Source: a virus
Virus record (IMG/VR): IMGVR_UViG_3300028196_000007
Coordinates: 22,140 to 86,139 of that record
Length of the DNA: 64,000 nucleotides
Strand: one strand, 5' to 3'
In this document: positions 42,509-53,179 of the stretch, piece after piece
Numbering within the stretch: the stretch's first letter is position 1
Layout of the letters: each line of letters begins with the position of its first letter
Made by a program: the position numbers and the translations under genes
Notes under the pieces: model-generated
The model's input: the letters and a program-made list of their open reading frames with translations, nothing else
Database searches by the model: none
Told to the model about the DNA's origin: nothing

Positions 42509-44320
42509 TTATATATCCTCTTCTAGTATGTTGCTTTCGTTTAAAAGGTCAGATTTATATTTCTTACTTTTGTTGAACAATCTACTTATTTTTCTAGATT
42601 CAAACTTTCGCTGAGATTTGTTATTTTTAAGTTTAGTGTCCCGTTTTCTTTCCTCTTTACCAACAGTATCTCTACCTCTTGCAGAGTCTTGAGTTCCGTA
42701 TTTCAAACCTTCTTCAGGTCTTCCTTGTCCTGGTTCATTTTCACCAGAACCAAATAAGTCTGAGTCTTGACCATCAGTATTTTCAGGGTCAATAGTCGCC
42801 AAAGTGTGTGGTGTTCCAAGTGCTTCACCTGAGCTTTGTGGGTCATTTCCTTCCATTTCAATTTGAGATTTTCTAAACTTCTGCTTGATGTCTTCTACAA
42901 CTTTAGCTCTTTCTACTTTCACCTCTTCATCATTCATATTAAATACATTTTTATATATCCAATCTTCTGATACCATCTGTCCTTCTTTTATTGTCGATGC
43001 CAAATCAAGTTTACTAGACCATAATTCTAATTTTTCTTGTTCTGCAATTGATGATGGGTTGGTAAGCATTATTTCAAAGTCAACCATTTGCTCTTCAGTG
43101 AATCCTTGAGAATACAAGTGAACCATTGCAATTTTAGTTAACTCAGAAATAAATATTCTTTGTATTCTTTCTATGGTTCTTGCAAATCTAACATCTTGAG
43201 CTGCAAGTGTAGCTTTACCTTCTACTCCTTCCTCATATCCTAAGAAAGCTTTCGGCACCTTTAGTGCAGCAAACATTCTTGCTTTTAAATAATCGACGTC
43301 TTCTATTCCTCCAAACTCCATACCACTTAAAGTGTCTATTTCAGTTCCTGATTGTCCACCTCTAACTGGAAGATATACGTCTTCTAACATATTTGACATG
43401 TTAAATTTAAGATTATATTGTCCTGTTTTCTCATCGATATATGGCGTCTTCTTCATTTGATTAACAACACGCTGCATATAAGTATCAACTTCTGCTGGTG
43501 GGATATTACCTATATCTATTTTGTATATTCGTTTTTCTGGTGCACGCATTATTCTGTGAATTAACATTGCGTCTTCCATAAGAGTTAGCTGTTTCCATGT
43601 CTTCCTTGCAGGTTCTATCATAGCTTTACCATAAGGTAAGAAGTTCATATCATTAAGCATTCTAAAATGAGCAATTTCATAGTTTTCATAATGAGTGTTT
43701 GTTGCCTGTTTTCCGAAACTGCTATGACCTGTTTGACCTCCCATGCTAGGGTCATGTGTAAACTTAACCATATCAGGATTTTTTGGGTCGATGCCTTCTT
43801 CTCTAAACATCTCGTATGAAGACATAGGTATTGCATTCGTTATACCTACCTTCTCTGTAATATCCAATTTTAGATAAAAGTCTCCATACTTGCACATGTT
43901 TCTTACCCATGGCCATGCGTTAAATTCTATATTAAGTACATCATAAAATAAATTATTCAATACTTTCTTTACTTTCTCGTCTTCTGTCTTTATATCAAGC
44001 ACATTGCCGAATTCGTTTTTAAGAGTTGACTCATCAGAATATATGTCCAGTGCAGATGAGATTATAGAGTCTTCATCCATAATTTCATAGTCTGAATATA
44101 ACTGTAGTCTTAGTGTGTGAAAATTAGCCTGTTGGTTATACCCATGGCCTTCAGTTTGATATATTCTGTTATATCTGTCAACTAGTCTATTTGTAGCTAG
44201 TTTTGTGTTTGCTTGTACTTTGCTTAGGTCGGCAACCTTTAATCCGTTGTCTGTTCTTCTAACAATTGTACCTGTTGAAAATAAAGTTTTTAATCTTCCA
44301 AAAAATGTTTTATCAGCCAT
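42509..44320 (-). CDS. Portal protein (gp20-like)
   Basis: LMEDAMLIHRIMRAPEKR..IDIGN, EDVYLP, TEIDTL.G, ALKVP. Confidence 0.97.
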   Translation of the reverse strand: MADKTFFGRLKTLFSTGTIVRRTDNGLKVADLSKVQANTKLATNRLVDRYNRIYQTEGHGYNQQANFHTLRLQLYSDYEIMDEDSIISSALDIYSDESTLKNEFGNVLDIKTEDEKVKKVLNNLFYDVLNIEFNAWPWVRNMCKYGDFYLKLDITEKVGITNAIPMSSYEMFREEGIDPKNPDMVKFTHDPSMGGQTGHSSFGKQATNTHYENYEIAHFRMLNDMNFLPYGKAMIEPARKTWKQLTLMEDAMLIHRIMRAPEKRIYKIDIGNIPPAEVDTYMQRVVNQMKKTPYIDEKTGQYNLKFNMSNMLEDVYLPVRGGQSGTEIDTLSGMEFGGIEDVDYLKARMFAALKVPKAFLGYEEGVEGKATLAAQDVRFARTIERIQRIFISELTKIAMVHLYSQGFTEEQMVDFEIMLTNPSSIAEQEKLELWSSKLDLASTIKEGQMVSEDWIYKNVFNMNDEEVKVERAKVVEDIKQKFRKSQIEMEGNDPQSSGEALGTPHTLATIDPENTDGQDSDLFGSGENEPGQGRPEEGLKYGTQDSARGRDTVGKEERKRDTKLKNNKSQRKFESRKISRLFNKSKKYKSDLLNESNILEEDI

Positions 44321-44336
44321 CTGTTTATTTACTCCA

Positions 44337-45914
44337 TTATAGTAGCCAGGTTAAGTCTTCGTCGTCGTTACCAATCTTTTGTTTCCAAGGGTCTTGTCCA
44401 GAAAAACTGTTTCCTGTATAAGCACCTTTGGTATTAACTATATTATTTATTGCGTTTTTGTTCATGCTTAATCCTTCTGTATGTAGTCGGATAGCGTTAT
44501 CTCTAACAAATAATGCAATAGAAAAAGCCATTGTTAAATCGTCGTTATAACCACGTTGAGCTTCTGCTCTATGGCCATTCCAAATAAAGACAAACAGTTC
44601 ATCTATAAGCCTTTTCGATTTGATTGTGCACGCTTTTTCCCTAAAATAAATATCTAGCTTCGATATCAAAAGAGGTCTTGTTCGTGTTGAAGTAGTAAAA
44701 CCTGGGGTCATGTTTTCCCTATTTTTTAGGTCATAACCTTTTGTTAATTGTGTTGCTGCGTCATGAACTCCTTCATGTTTGTATGTATAATAAAGGTTTC
44801 GATACCCTCTATCTATAGCAGGTTGTAGCGCAGCCCAACCTATATTTGCATTTTCTACAACTAATAAAGCTTCGTTGTATTCTGTAGCTATGTTGACAAG
44901 TAAGTTTCCAAATTCTTTTGTACCTATTTGGTTTTTATACTCGGCAACTTGCTCCATCTTTTCTATATCTATTACGTGAAAAGTAGAATAGTCACTTCCA
45001 TCTCCTCTGGCTACATCGGCAACTACCATGTACGCTCTTGAATAATCTGCATAATCCCATATCCAAAGCTCTTCTTCTGCTCCTCGTTTTTCAACAGGGT
45101 CTTTAACCATATTTTCTGAATACCATTCAAGTAGCTCACCTGATACAACAGAGTTACCAGATGTTACGAAATCACAGTCACATTCTTGTGCCGCCATCTT
45201 ACTTCCTAGTAGCTCATCTTGTGTATCTCTCCATTTTTGGTCACGTTCAGGGTGTAGTGTCCAGTGTAGTTTTATTGGATTGAATTGACCTTCGCCTCTT
45301 TCGGCCTGTGTCCATATCTTATGAAATAAGTTACCTGTACCATTAGGTGTAGATAGCAGAACTGCAGAACCACCGGTTGCTAGTGTTTGCTGTGCAGATG
45401 TCCATATCTCTTCAACCTTGTCTATAAATGCAGCTTCATCTATTACTAAAAGTGATAATGCTTCAGAACGAGCAGCATCAGGTGCAGATGAAACAGCTTT
45501 TATTTGAGAGCCATTTTTAAATCTTAGAGAAAGTCTATTATCTTCTTCAGAACCTACCTTTAACCAAGAAGGTAATAGTTCATGCATTACTCTAACTTTT
45601 GTAATAAGATTTTTTGCAGTATCTTGTTTTATTGCAATAACCAAAACATTAAAGTCTTCTCTAAATATCATATTCCATACAGAGTAGCCGGCTGTAAGTG
45701 TTGATATTCCCATCTGCCTAGACTTAAGTATGATATTAAATCTATTTTCTTTTAGCTGTACTAGTGAGTTGTCTTGGAAAGGAAACAAATCAAACTTTAT
45801 TTTACCTCTCTGAGGATGCTGTATAAAGCAGTACTTCCTCATAAAATATACGGGGTCTTTCGAGCACTTCACGTACTCGTCAACTAAAGCTTGTTTGATT
45901 GTTTTGTTTGTCAT
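44337..45914 (-). CDS. Terminase large subunit (gp17-like)
   Basis: KSRQMGIS, VIDEAAF, STPNG, QECDCDF, DVARG, NDDL. Confidence 0.97.
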   Translation of the reverse strand: MTNKTIKQALVDEYVKCSKDPVYFMRKYCFIQHPQRGKIKFDLFPFQDNSLVQLKENRFNIILKSRQMGISTLTAGYSVWNMIFREDFNVLVIAIKQDTAKNLITKVRVMHELLPSWLKVGSEEDNRLSLRFKNGSQIKAVSSAPDAARSEALSLLVIDEAAFIDKVEEIWTSAQQTLATGGSAVLLSTPNGTGNLFHKIWTQAERGEGQFNPIKLHWTLHPERDQKWRDTQDELLGSKMAAQECDCDFVTSGNSVVSGELLEWYSENMVKDPVEKRGAEEELWIWDYADYSRAYMVVADVARGDGSDYSTFHVIDIEKMEQVAEYKNQIGTKEFGNLLVNIATEYNEALLVVENANIGWAALQPAIDRGYRNLYYTYKHEGVHDAATQLTKGYDLKNRENMTPGFTTSTRTRPLLISKLDIYFREKACTIKSKRLIDELFVFIWNGHRAEAQRGYNDDLTMAFSIALFVRDNAIRLHTEGLSMNKNAINNIVNTKGAYTGNSFSGQDPWKQKIGNDDEDLTWLL

Positions 45915-45951
45915 AACCTATATATAAATATATATGTATATAAAAGTTACG

Positions 45952-46347
45952 TTATTTTTTTGAACGCTTTTCGAAACTTCTTCCTCCGAAATACGCGCCA
46001 ATTACTGTTATCAATACTAGCTGTAACAGGTCAGTCCATTTTTCTTCTACTTCAAAAGAAATTGTACCTGCATCAATAAATATCATTAAAACTGTACATA
46101 CTACTAGGAATATAAGCACCATAGGTCTAACGTTTTTAGACAACCAAGAATCAGAATTCATATCTGATTTCCATCTGTCCGTTATGTTTGCCTCCATTTC
46201 TGTTTCGTATTTTGCGATCAGTTCTTTGACTTTCTGCTCTGCTTTTAACTTTTCTTCTTTAGATGTATGAAGATTATCTATCACGCCTCCAACACCTTTT
46301 ACTAAGTCAGCAGCTCCTCCTGAAAATAAATTTGTTAATATGCTCAT
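45952..46347 (-). CDS. Holin (3TM/GTA-holin-like)
   Basis: D..SDSWLSKNVRP, two hydrophobic helices, YFGGRSFEK. Confidence 0.75.
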   Translation of the reverse strand: MSILTNLFSGGAADLVKGVGGVIDNLHTSKEEKLKAEQKVKELIAKYETEMEANITDRWKSDMNSDSWLSKNVRPMVLIFLVVCTVLMIFIDAGTISFEVEEKWTDLLQLVLITVIGAYFGGRSFEKRSKK

Positions 46348-46928
46348 TGTTCTTCTCCTTTTAATAATTCTTCTGTAAGTTTTGATTCAGAATCTATCCA
46401 TTCCTCAAAACGGTTTTTTATTTCTTGCTTTGCAGACTTGGTTAGTTTAGACCAATCTTCCACTTCACCTGATTCTGTTATATAGTTATTAGAATCCATT
46501 CTGGAAAACCAAGAATTAAATCTTTCTTCTTGTGAAGTTTTCCAAGAACCAAAGTTTTCTCTTATTGTCTTTTCCATCCAGTCTTTGTAAATACCTTTTG
46601 CTCTCATATCAAGTTCAAACTTGTTTTGACAGAATAAGCAGTGTTCGTATAATCTATACATTTTTTTATGTGAAGAGCTTTTCATAGCTGACTTACATTT
46701 AGGACACGATAAAGGTACTCTTAATTTTTTTCTAGCATCATTGAGTTTTGTATAGTTTTGTTTTATACCATTTTTTATAGTCCAAGTCTTACCATCTTCT
46801 TCCCATATATCACCTTCTGACATTTTTTTCGAATATTTTTTATATCCGCTGCTTGACTTAGTTTTTTCACTATAGTTACCTGTTGCCAGGTTTCTCATTC
46901 TTTGTATTTTATCTTTAGAAAATTTCAT
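46344..46928 (-). CDS. Hypothetical protein with Zn-finger (CPKC...CLFC)
   Basis: Two CxxC pairs; EGDIWEEDGKTWTIKNG motif. Confidence 0.7.
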   Translation of the reverse strand: MKFSKDKIQRMRNLATGNYSEKTKSSSGYKKYSKKMSEGDIWEEDGKTWTIKNGIKQNYTKLNDARKKLRVPLSCPKCKSAMKSSSHKKMYRLYEHCLFCQNKFELDMRAKGIYKDWMEKTIRENFGSWKTSQEERFNSWFSRMDSNNYITESGEVEDWSKLTKSAKQEIKNRFEEWIDSESKLTEELLKGEEQ

Positions 46929-46937
46929 ATATAACCT

Positions 46938-49211
46938 TTAGAAGTACATCATACCTGTGATTTGGTTTACTGGTGCAAAAGCTCCGGTTAGCTTGTATGT
47001 TTTTCCCTTGTATACAAATACTAAACCTTCACTTGGCACTATAGAATCCATACCACCGATAGAATTTAATTTATTTAATTGCTGCTTTAACCTATTTATT
47101 TTTTTTATGTCGCCACCTTTTTTAACTACAGATATTGCTGTCTTAATTTGCTTTCGTATATTCTGAACTGCTTTGTCTGGATTTGCAGCCAAAAAGCCTT
47201 CTGCATTCTTAAGTACTTCTGCGCCTAGTTCAAAAAATAATTTTTCAAAAGGAAGCATGTTCGTTTTAACTTGGTCAGCATGTTTCATCTTATCTATTTC
47301 GATAACACTTGCAAGAATCTTTTCGTCTGATATTGTTTTCTTATTAAGTCTAAATGATTTATCAAAGAATGCCCATCGTTTTATAAGTCCAGTCTTTATA
47401 GTGTTGTCGATGCCTTTAAACTTCTTGTCTATATAATCAGACCACCAAGCTTGATGATATTCACTAAACGTATTTGAATCTGACATGTTGAATTTAGACA
47501 TTAACTTATTAAGCTTTCCTAAGAAATAAGGTTTTCTAGCAGAATAATCCTGGTGTGGATTTACTTTTAGAAATTGAGGTCCTATAATTGTAAAGTTCTT
47601 CTGTACAGATTGATTTACTTGAGCAATCATTCCTGCAAGAATTCTAGCTCCATCTGCAACAGAACCCACAGGCATTCCATCTTTATATTGCAATACATTG
47701 TGGAACTGTAGATGTGGTGCGTCATAGTTAATTACGTTTGAAGATGCAGGGTACATTATTTCCATATTTATCCAATTGTTACCATCATCAAATATTTTCT
47801 TAAGCTGTTTATCATTTAATGATTTTATAGCTTTCGACAAATCGCTCATGGCGTAGTTAAAAGCTTTTTCTATATTACCTCTGCCTGAAAACTTCTTTGC
47901 GATAGCACTTGAATCGATGCCTCCTCTTTTTATATCACCTGTGTTTCTTGCAGCTAGCAATTTTTTATTCCAAGTTATAAATAAGTTTTGTCCATCAGTC
48001 TTTTCTGTTGCTCCAGTTTCTAGGTCAAGCTTTCCTTGTAATGAAATATCGATTATCTGTCTGAAGTCACCGAACTTCAAACCTCTATCATCAAATGGGT
48101 GTGACATGTGGCCGTATGCTCCTCCTTCTAATAAAAGTCCTTCTGAAAGACTTCCTGGTTTTTGAAGCTCTATAGGTTCGTCAGTGTTTGAATCTCTAGA
48201 TACTTCTGCACCTAAAAAGCTTACAAACTCATACCCAACTCTTGTTGCAATATACTTAGACCACTTTGCCCATCTGTCATAAGCAACTCTACCTTTTTTA
48301 TCTTTAAGCACATTTGTTCCTGCTATAGCTCCTGGAACTCCAGTTGGCCAATATGATACAGCACCTGTAGGTCCTCCACTCATATCTTTTTTAAACTCTG
48401 TATTATGTACAAAAAACTCTTCGTTGCCTGAAATGTAATTAAGTACCTCCATACCTAAGCTTTCTGCAGATCGCTTACCAAAACTCTTCCAAGATTTTTG
48501 ATTACCCCAATAGCCTCTAGGTCCATCATCTACAATATCCCCTGATTGACTACTGTTTTCTTTTAAAAATTTTGGCATATCAAAGTAATTACAAAAGCCT
48601 TCCATAACTTCATTTAGTTTTTCTAATTTATTTACTATTAAATTATAATTTTTTGTATGTCCAAATATACCTTTGAATATTTTTGTTTTTTGTTTTTTAT
48701 CTATATCTTTATCACCTAAAGCTTTTCTTATTGCAGTACCACTCATCTCTCCATATCCTGGTACATTCATGCTAACATGTGGTGCTACTAATATATAAGC
48801 GCCTTCTCTATATCCAACCTCGGCTTTTCCTTTCCATTCTGTGAAAAACTTTCCACTTGTAAGTCTACCTGCATCTTTTGCTCCAAATATAAATACTGCA
48901 GCAGTTGTATCTGGATTGTATTTTTTCAGTATTTCCTCAGCTTTATAGGGACTCTTTACTTGAACTACATTAGATATACCATATGAATTTACGATTTTTT
49001 TCTTTTCTGAAAATGAGAAAGGTGATTTTGGTAAATCAACTTTTCCGCTTGTTGCAACGTATGCGTCTTTAAACTTAGACTGTAGCCACTTAAATGTCTT
49101 TGCGTGGTGAGCTCCCATAGGCTGAAACCTTCCAGGATATATTGCAACGATATCTTTTATATTAGAATCTTCGTTAATTATATTTTCAGCAAGCCAATTA
49201 CCTAAACTCAT
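46938..49211 (-). CDS. Cytidylyltransferase-like domain fused to ligase-like (KxDG) nucleotidyltransferase domain
   Basis: N-terminal IYPGRFQPMGAHH and SGTAIR; C-terminal HMSHPFD, TEKTDGQN, EGLVF..KLTG. Confidence 0.65.
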   Translation of the reverse strand: MSLGNWLAENIINEDSNIKDIVAIYPGRFQPMGAHHAKTFKWLQSKFKDAYVATSGKVDLPKSPFSFSEKKKIVNSYGISNVVQVKSPYKAEEILKKYNPDTTAAVFIFGAKDAGRLTSGKFFTEWKGKAEVGYREGAYILVAPHVSMNVPGYGEMSGTAIRKALGDKDIDKKQKTKIFKGIFGHTKNYNLIVNKLEKLNEVMEGFCNYFDMPKFLKENSSQSGDIVDDGPRGYWGNQKSWKSFGKRSAESLGMEVLNYISGNEEFFVHNTEFKKDMSGGPTGAVSYWPTGVPGAIAGTNVLKDKKGRVAYDRWAKWSKYIATRVGYEFVSFLGAEVSRDSNTDEPIELQKPGSLSEGLLLEGGAYGHMSHPFDDRGLKFGDFRQIIDISLQGKLDLETGATEKTDGQNLFITWNKKLLAARNTGDIKRGGIDSSAIAKKFSGRGNIEKAFNYAMSDLSKAIKSLNDKQLKKIFDDGNNWINMEIMYPASSNVINYDAPHLQFHNVLQYKDGMPVGSVADGARILAGMIAQVNQSVQKNFTIIGPQFLKVNPHQDYSARKPYFLGKLNKLMSKFNMSDSNTFSEYHQAWWSDYIDKKFKGIDNTIKTGLIKRWAFFDKSFRLNKKTISDEKILASVIEIDKMKHADQVKTNMLPFEKLFFELGAEVLKNAEGFLAANPDKAVQNIRKQIKTAISVVKKGGDIKKINRLKQQLNKLNSIGGMDSIVPSEGLVFVYKGKTYKLTGAFAPVNQITGMMYF

Positions 49212-49909
49212 TTCTTTCTCAACTCAATTTCTTTTTTAATCCATTTTTTTGCAATATGGTTTTGTATAGGTCTTGTTACAAATTCTCTTGCCTTTGATTT
49301 CACAATTTTAGCAAACTCTTTGTATTCCGAATTATCTACAACAAGCATATTACTAGAACCAAACAAACCTTGAAATTTACCTAAGTTATTTTGTACAGCT
49401 TGCCAAGATGATTTTACCAATTCAGTTGGAAGCTTTCTTTCTCTCTGCTGGTTTCTTTCAAGAGCAACGTCTAGGTCAGTATTTACAAAAATCATAAAAC
49501 AGTCATAACCTACATCCTGTAATCGTTTTTTCTGTTTCGCTATATTTCCATAATTTTTGCCTGTACCATCAATAAGTAAACCTAGCCTTGAATTTATATA
49601 ATTTTTTAGTGCTGCATCTCTAACTTTTTTACTTTTCTTTCTTAGCAGCATTGCCTGTTCATATTCTTCTGGATTTAACCTTGCTATATCTTGACTTAAT
49701 CCTTTCATTTGTAAATATGTTTCAAAGTACTTATCACTATTAACAGACTTAAGGCCTTGTGCAGAAACAAAAGGCATTTTTTCTGGCATTCCGAACAATG
49801 ATGATGCTGCATATGATTTTCCACTACCAGGGCCGCCAGCTGTAAAAACTGCTTTAAAAATGCCTGGGTCATATACTCCTTCGTTAATTATGTCTTGTAG
49901 TTTTATCAT
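49208..49909 (-). CDS. Zeta-toxin/AAA_33-like P-loop kinase
   Basis: AGGPGSGKS, VNSD, LLIDGTG, ALERNQQRER. Confidence 0.8.
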   Translation of the reverse strand: MIKLQDIINEGVYDPGIFKAVFTAGGPGSGKSYAASSLFGMPEKMPFVSAQGLKSVNSDKYFETYLQMKGLSQDIARLNPEEYEQAMLLRKKSKKVRDAALKNYINSRLGLLIDGTGKNYGNIAKQKKRLQDVGYDCFMIFVNTDLDVALERNQQRERKLPTELVKSSWQAVQNNLGKFQGLFGSSNMLVVDNSEYKEFAKIVKSKAREFVTRPIQNHIAKKWIKKEIELRKK

Positions 49910-49941
49910 ATATATAAATATCAGTTTAATCGATTCCTTGT

Positions 49942-51309
49942 TTAAAAACTATTCTGATCTAGTTTAAATATGACTGTTACGTAATAATTTTTAGCTGCAT
50001 CTAGAGGTGCTTGTAAAGATACTAATAATCTATCTCCTTCTACAAAAGTTCTTCCTTCTTGTTCTGAAAAATCTAATACATTCTTAAAGTTGGTTGCTGA
50101 TGTTGTAGTTGTTGCTGCGGATGTTGCCCTTACAGTACTATTTCTGTCTGTTATATTATGTAATTTACCTGTGAGTGTAACTCCTGTTCCTCTATCGTAC
50201 AAACTTGAATTGCTTCTAATAACAATTTTATATATTTCTCCTGAACATGGTGCTACAAAATTATCTCGTCTTCCAGTAATACTTGTTCCTTCGGTTTCAC
50301 CATCTGATAAAGGGACATATTGCTGAGTGTTTATATTACCATTAAAGTTTGCTATTACTGGATAATGTATATATCTAGCGTCTCGTTTAGCAGTATTAGC
50401 AGTGATTGCAGATGCTTGACCAGATGTTATACCTGTTTTAGCAGTGTTTGCAGTAATAGCAGAAGCCTGTCCGGATGTTATACCAGTCTTTGCAGTATTA
50501 GCTGTAATTGCTGAAGCCTGTCCTGAAGTAATTCCAGTCTTAGCCGTGTTAGCTGTTATGGCTGAAGCCTGACCAGAAGTAATTCCAGTTTTAGCAGTGT
50601 TGGCTGTGATAGCAGATGCTTGGCCTGAAGTAATACCAGTTTTAGCAGTATTTGCTGTGATTGCTGTTTCAACATTTGCTATGTTTGGTATTGCAACGGT
50701 ACCGGTAAATGTTGGTGAAGCTTTAGGAGCTTTAAGTGCTAATGCAGTTGTAAGAGTTGAAGAATAATCGTCATCATCATTAATCGCAGCTGCTAATTCA
50801 TTTAATGTATCTAATGTTCCTGGAGCTCCACCTATTAAATCAGTAAGCTCTGTTTGAACATAAGCTGTAGTAGCTATTTTTGTTGAGTTATCATTGGACG
50901 ATGGTGTTGGTGCAACAGCGTTTCCAGTAAATGTAGGACCAGCAAACATAGTCGCTTTACTTTCATTAGTAGCGTTTCCTAAACCTACATCACCTGCTGT
51001 AGTGCCTTGTGCTCTAAGCGAAGCGAATGTTCCATCATTATCAAAGTTGTCTCCTGTTGCATACCCTGCTGAAGCGTGGTTTCCCCAACCATGTGCTGTA
51101 GCTGCCTTTGCTCCATCTGCTGCAACATCTCTGCCATCAACCGTACCACCTACAGTCACGTTGTTTGTTATTGCTACGTTTGCAAATGTAGGTCCGCTTG
51201 TAGTTAATACATTTTGGTCCATGTCATATAATTCGTTTGCACCTTGACCTGTATTTAATGTATCTGTATCAATTGCTAAGTGTCTTTTTGTTCCTGTTAC
51301 TGTTGCCAT
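49942..51309 (-). CDS. Tail fibre-like protein with 17-aa tandem repeat
   Basis: APTP..NDNSTKIATTAYV, APGTLDTLNELAAA and SPTFTG fibre motifs. Confidence 0.8.
   Translation of the reverse strand: MATVTGTKRHLAIDTDTLNTGQGANELYDMDQNVLTTSGPTFANVAITNNVTVGGTVDGRDVAADGAKAATAHGWGNHASAGYATGDNFDNDGTFASLRAQGTTAGDVGLGNATNESKATMFAGPTFTGNAVAPTPSSNDNSTKIATTAYVQTELTDLIGGAPGTLDTLNELAAAINDDDDYSSTLTTALALKAPKASPTFTGTVAIPNIANVETAITANTAKTGITSGQASAITANTAKTGITSGQASAITANTAKTGITSGQASAITANTAKTGITSGQASAITANTAKTGITSGQASAITANTAKRDARYIHYPVIANFNGNINTQQYVPLSDGETEGTSITGRRDNFVAPCSGEIYKIVIRSNSSLYDRGTGVTLTGKLHNITDRNSTVRATSAATTTTSATNFKNVLDFSEQEGRTFVEGDRLLVSLQAPLDAAKNYYVTVIFKLDQNSF
50386..50664 (-). repeat. 51-bp coding tandem repeat (5 units plus partial): AITANTAKTGITSGQAS
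   Basis: Identical peptide units whose DNA differs at synonymous positions. Confidence 0.95.
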
Positions 51310-53033
51310 TATATCAACCTCTTTCTTGTTATATTATATCCATGCGATTCTTTTTCTGCAGAGTGTAATGTTCCGTATACGCAAATCATGCCACCGCTAT
51401 ATCCTAAATCATATGCTTGCTTTGCCTCTGTTCCACTTGATGCTATTTTATATCTTAACTGTGTACCTGTTGTTGAAAAAATATGTTTAGGTTCATTTGC
51501 ATAATCATATGATTCCCAGTCTGTTCCATTGTTGTTAGATACATGTACTGTTATTGTTACTCCTGCAGGTGCTATTAAATTAACATTGCTAATTATTGCG
51601 TAATCTACATTTGCAGAAGCGTCTAATGTAAATGTTCCAAATACTACTTCCCAATTACCTCTTAGCAAATCGGGGTCATCTGCATCGTTCCATACCATAA
51701 ATCTGTGACCATCAGCACCATACCCTACCATTACCCAGTATTTAGTTCCATTGGCAGATGCCATTCTTATCATATTACCACCATAGTCGTGTCTAACTGA
51801 TCTGCTGTAACCATTAGATGTGTCTTCAGTAATGTCGATGTATTTATGCATTCCTGGTGTTTTAAGATTAGTTCTATCAATAAATCCACCTAGCATATTA
51901 TATCCTCTATCAGCATGAGTTCTTACATAGGTAGGATGGTCGGGGTGTTTATCCATTGGTACGCCACTTGTTTTTTGATATTTATAACCAAACCTAAAAT
52001 TGCTAGCAAATAAAACATTAGATGCATTATTCGTGTATATTTGATTAACTATTGTTGGGTCGCCTCCTGTAAGGCAAGGGGTAATGTCTACTTCTACTAT
52101 TCTATCACTACCCCCCACTATAATTTTATTAGGATAATTAACTGGGTCGTCACAATGGAAACCTTGTTCATACCCATCATCACCAACTCCTGCGTCTCCC
52201 ATATCGCACCAAACTGTTTTGGGTGATGATGTTGATGCTGATACTATTAATGTAAAATTTGCATTATAGTAAGGAAAATGATACATTCTATCATTTACTT
52301 CATCATAAAATAAACATCCTCTATAACCATTTCTATCTATAACACCTGAACCTGAAAGATAAATGTCGCTTGATGTTTGGTCTAATCTTTCTTCTGCACC
52401 TGTTCTTAGGTTTCTTCTCATTATTTTTTTATAATGATGTGAATCATGGTCACTAGCGTAAATCCATTCTCCTGCAGCTGCTAAACCACTTGTGTAACTA
52501 GTACCAACTCTATTTACATATCCACCACCTGTATCTTGAGAACCAATAAAAGCATCGGGTGTACTGTGGGTGGGTCTATCATGTTTTACAAATGTAGTAC
52601 CACTACCTGTACATCCACTATAATCAAATGTAGTATAACCTTCAACATTATACGACATCACAACACCTAATTTGTTTATAGTGTCAATTGCAACTGATTG
52701 CATATGATTGTATGTTGATGCTGTATCTCTCCATAAGAAATAAGTTTCTTGAAATAATTTAGTCATTGAACCATCATTATTTAATCTTCTAACTGCAAAG
52801 CCATCACCCCAACCTGTTGTAAACAACAAATCGCCGTCTACTTCAAAGCCATTTGGAAAACCTATTACTCTATCGCCGCCATCATATTCTCCACCACTAC
52901 TATTTACAAGGGTGGTTCCATAACCACCTTTTCTCTGAGGCATAATTGCTTGCTGACCACCATAGTCATTCATAGCTGCATTAGTAATAGAAACAATATT
53001 GCTGCGTGATATTTTTTGTGTTTTACTCGCCAT
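51309..53033 (-). CDS. Beta-rich (propeller-like) tail-associated protein
   Basis: 574 aa, Gly/Asp/Tyr-rich, SNNNGTDW Asp-box-like motif; in the fibre cluster. Confidence 0.6.
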   Translation of the reverse strand: MASKTQKISRSNIVSITNAAMNDYGGQQAIMPQRKGGYGTTLVNSSGGEYDGGDRVIGFPNGFEVDGDLLFTTGWGDGFAVRRLNNDGSMTKLFQETYFLWRDTASTYNHMQSVAIDTINKLGVVMSYNVEGYTTFDYSGCTGSGTTFVKHDRPTHSTPDAFIGSQDTGGGYVNRVGTSYTSGLAAAGEWIYASDHDSHHYKKIMRRNLRTGAEERLDQTSSDIYLSGSGVIDRNGYRGCLFYDEVNDRMYHFPYYNANFTLIVSASTSSPKTVWCDMGDAGVGDDGYEQGFHCDDPVNYPNKIIVGGSDRIVEVDITPCLTGGDPTIVNQIYTNNASNVLFASNFRFGYKYQKTSGVPMDKHPDHPTYVRTHADRGYNMLGGFIDRTNLKTPGMHKYIDITEDTSNGYSRSVRHDYGGNMIRMASANGTKYWVMVGYGADGHRFMVWNDADDPDLLRGNWEVVFGTFTLDASANVDYAIISNVNLIAPAGVTITVHVSNNNGTDWESYDYANEPKHIFSTTGTQLRYKIASSGTEAKQAYDLGYSGGMICVYGTLHSAEKESHGYNITRKRLI

Positions 53034-53178
53034 TGTATTCCTCTATCTGCTTTTCAAGTTCTTCAATATTAGTTTTAAGAAGTTTATAAAGAGTTTCTTC
53101 TTTTTCTTCTCTTAGTTCTTCTAACCTTAAATCTTCTTGACGAGCTTCTAATTGTTCTTGTAATTCTTCTAATGTCAT
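53023..53178 (-). CDS. Small acidic coiled-coil protein (51 aa)
   Basis: Not in ORF track: MTLEELQEQLEARQEDLRLEELREEKEETLYKLLKTNIEELEKQIEEYNGE; fills the gap exactly. Confidence 0.7.
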   Translation of the reverse strand: MTLEELQEQLEARQEDLRLEELREEKEETLYKLLKTNIEELEKQIEEYNGE

Positions 53179-53179
53179 A

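Noticed and set aside
49208-49909. Zeta/epsilon toxin-antitoxin module
   Set aside because: No antitoxin-like neighbour; late promoter and IINE leader fit a virion kinase-fold protein better.
50386-50664. Regular 51-bp repeats as a possible CRISPR array
   Set aside because: In-frame coding repeat with no unique spacers; no cas genes.
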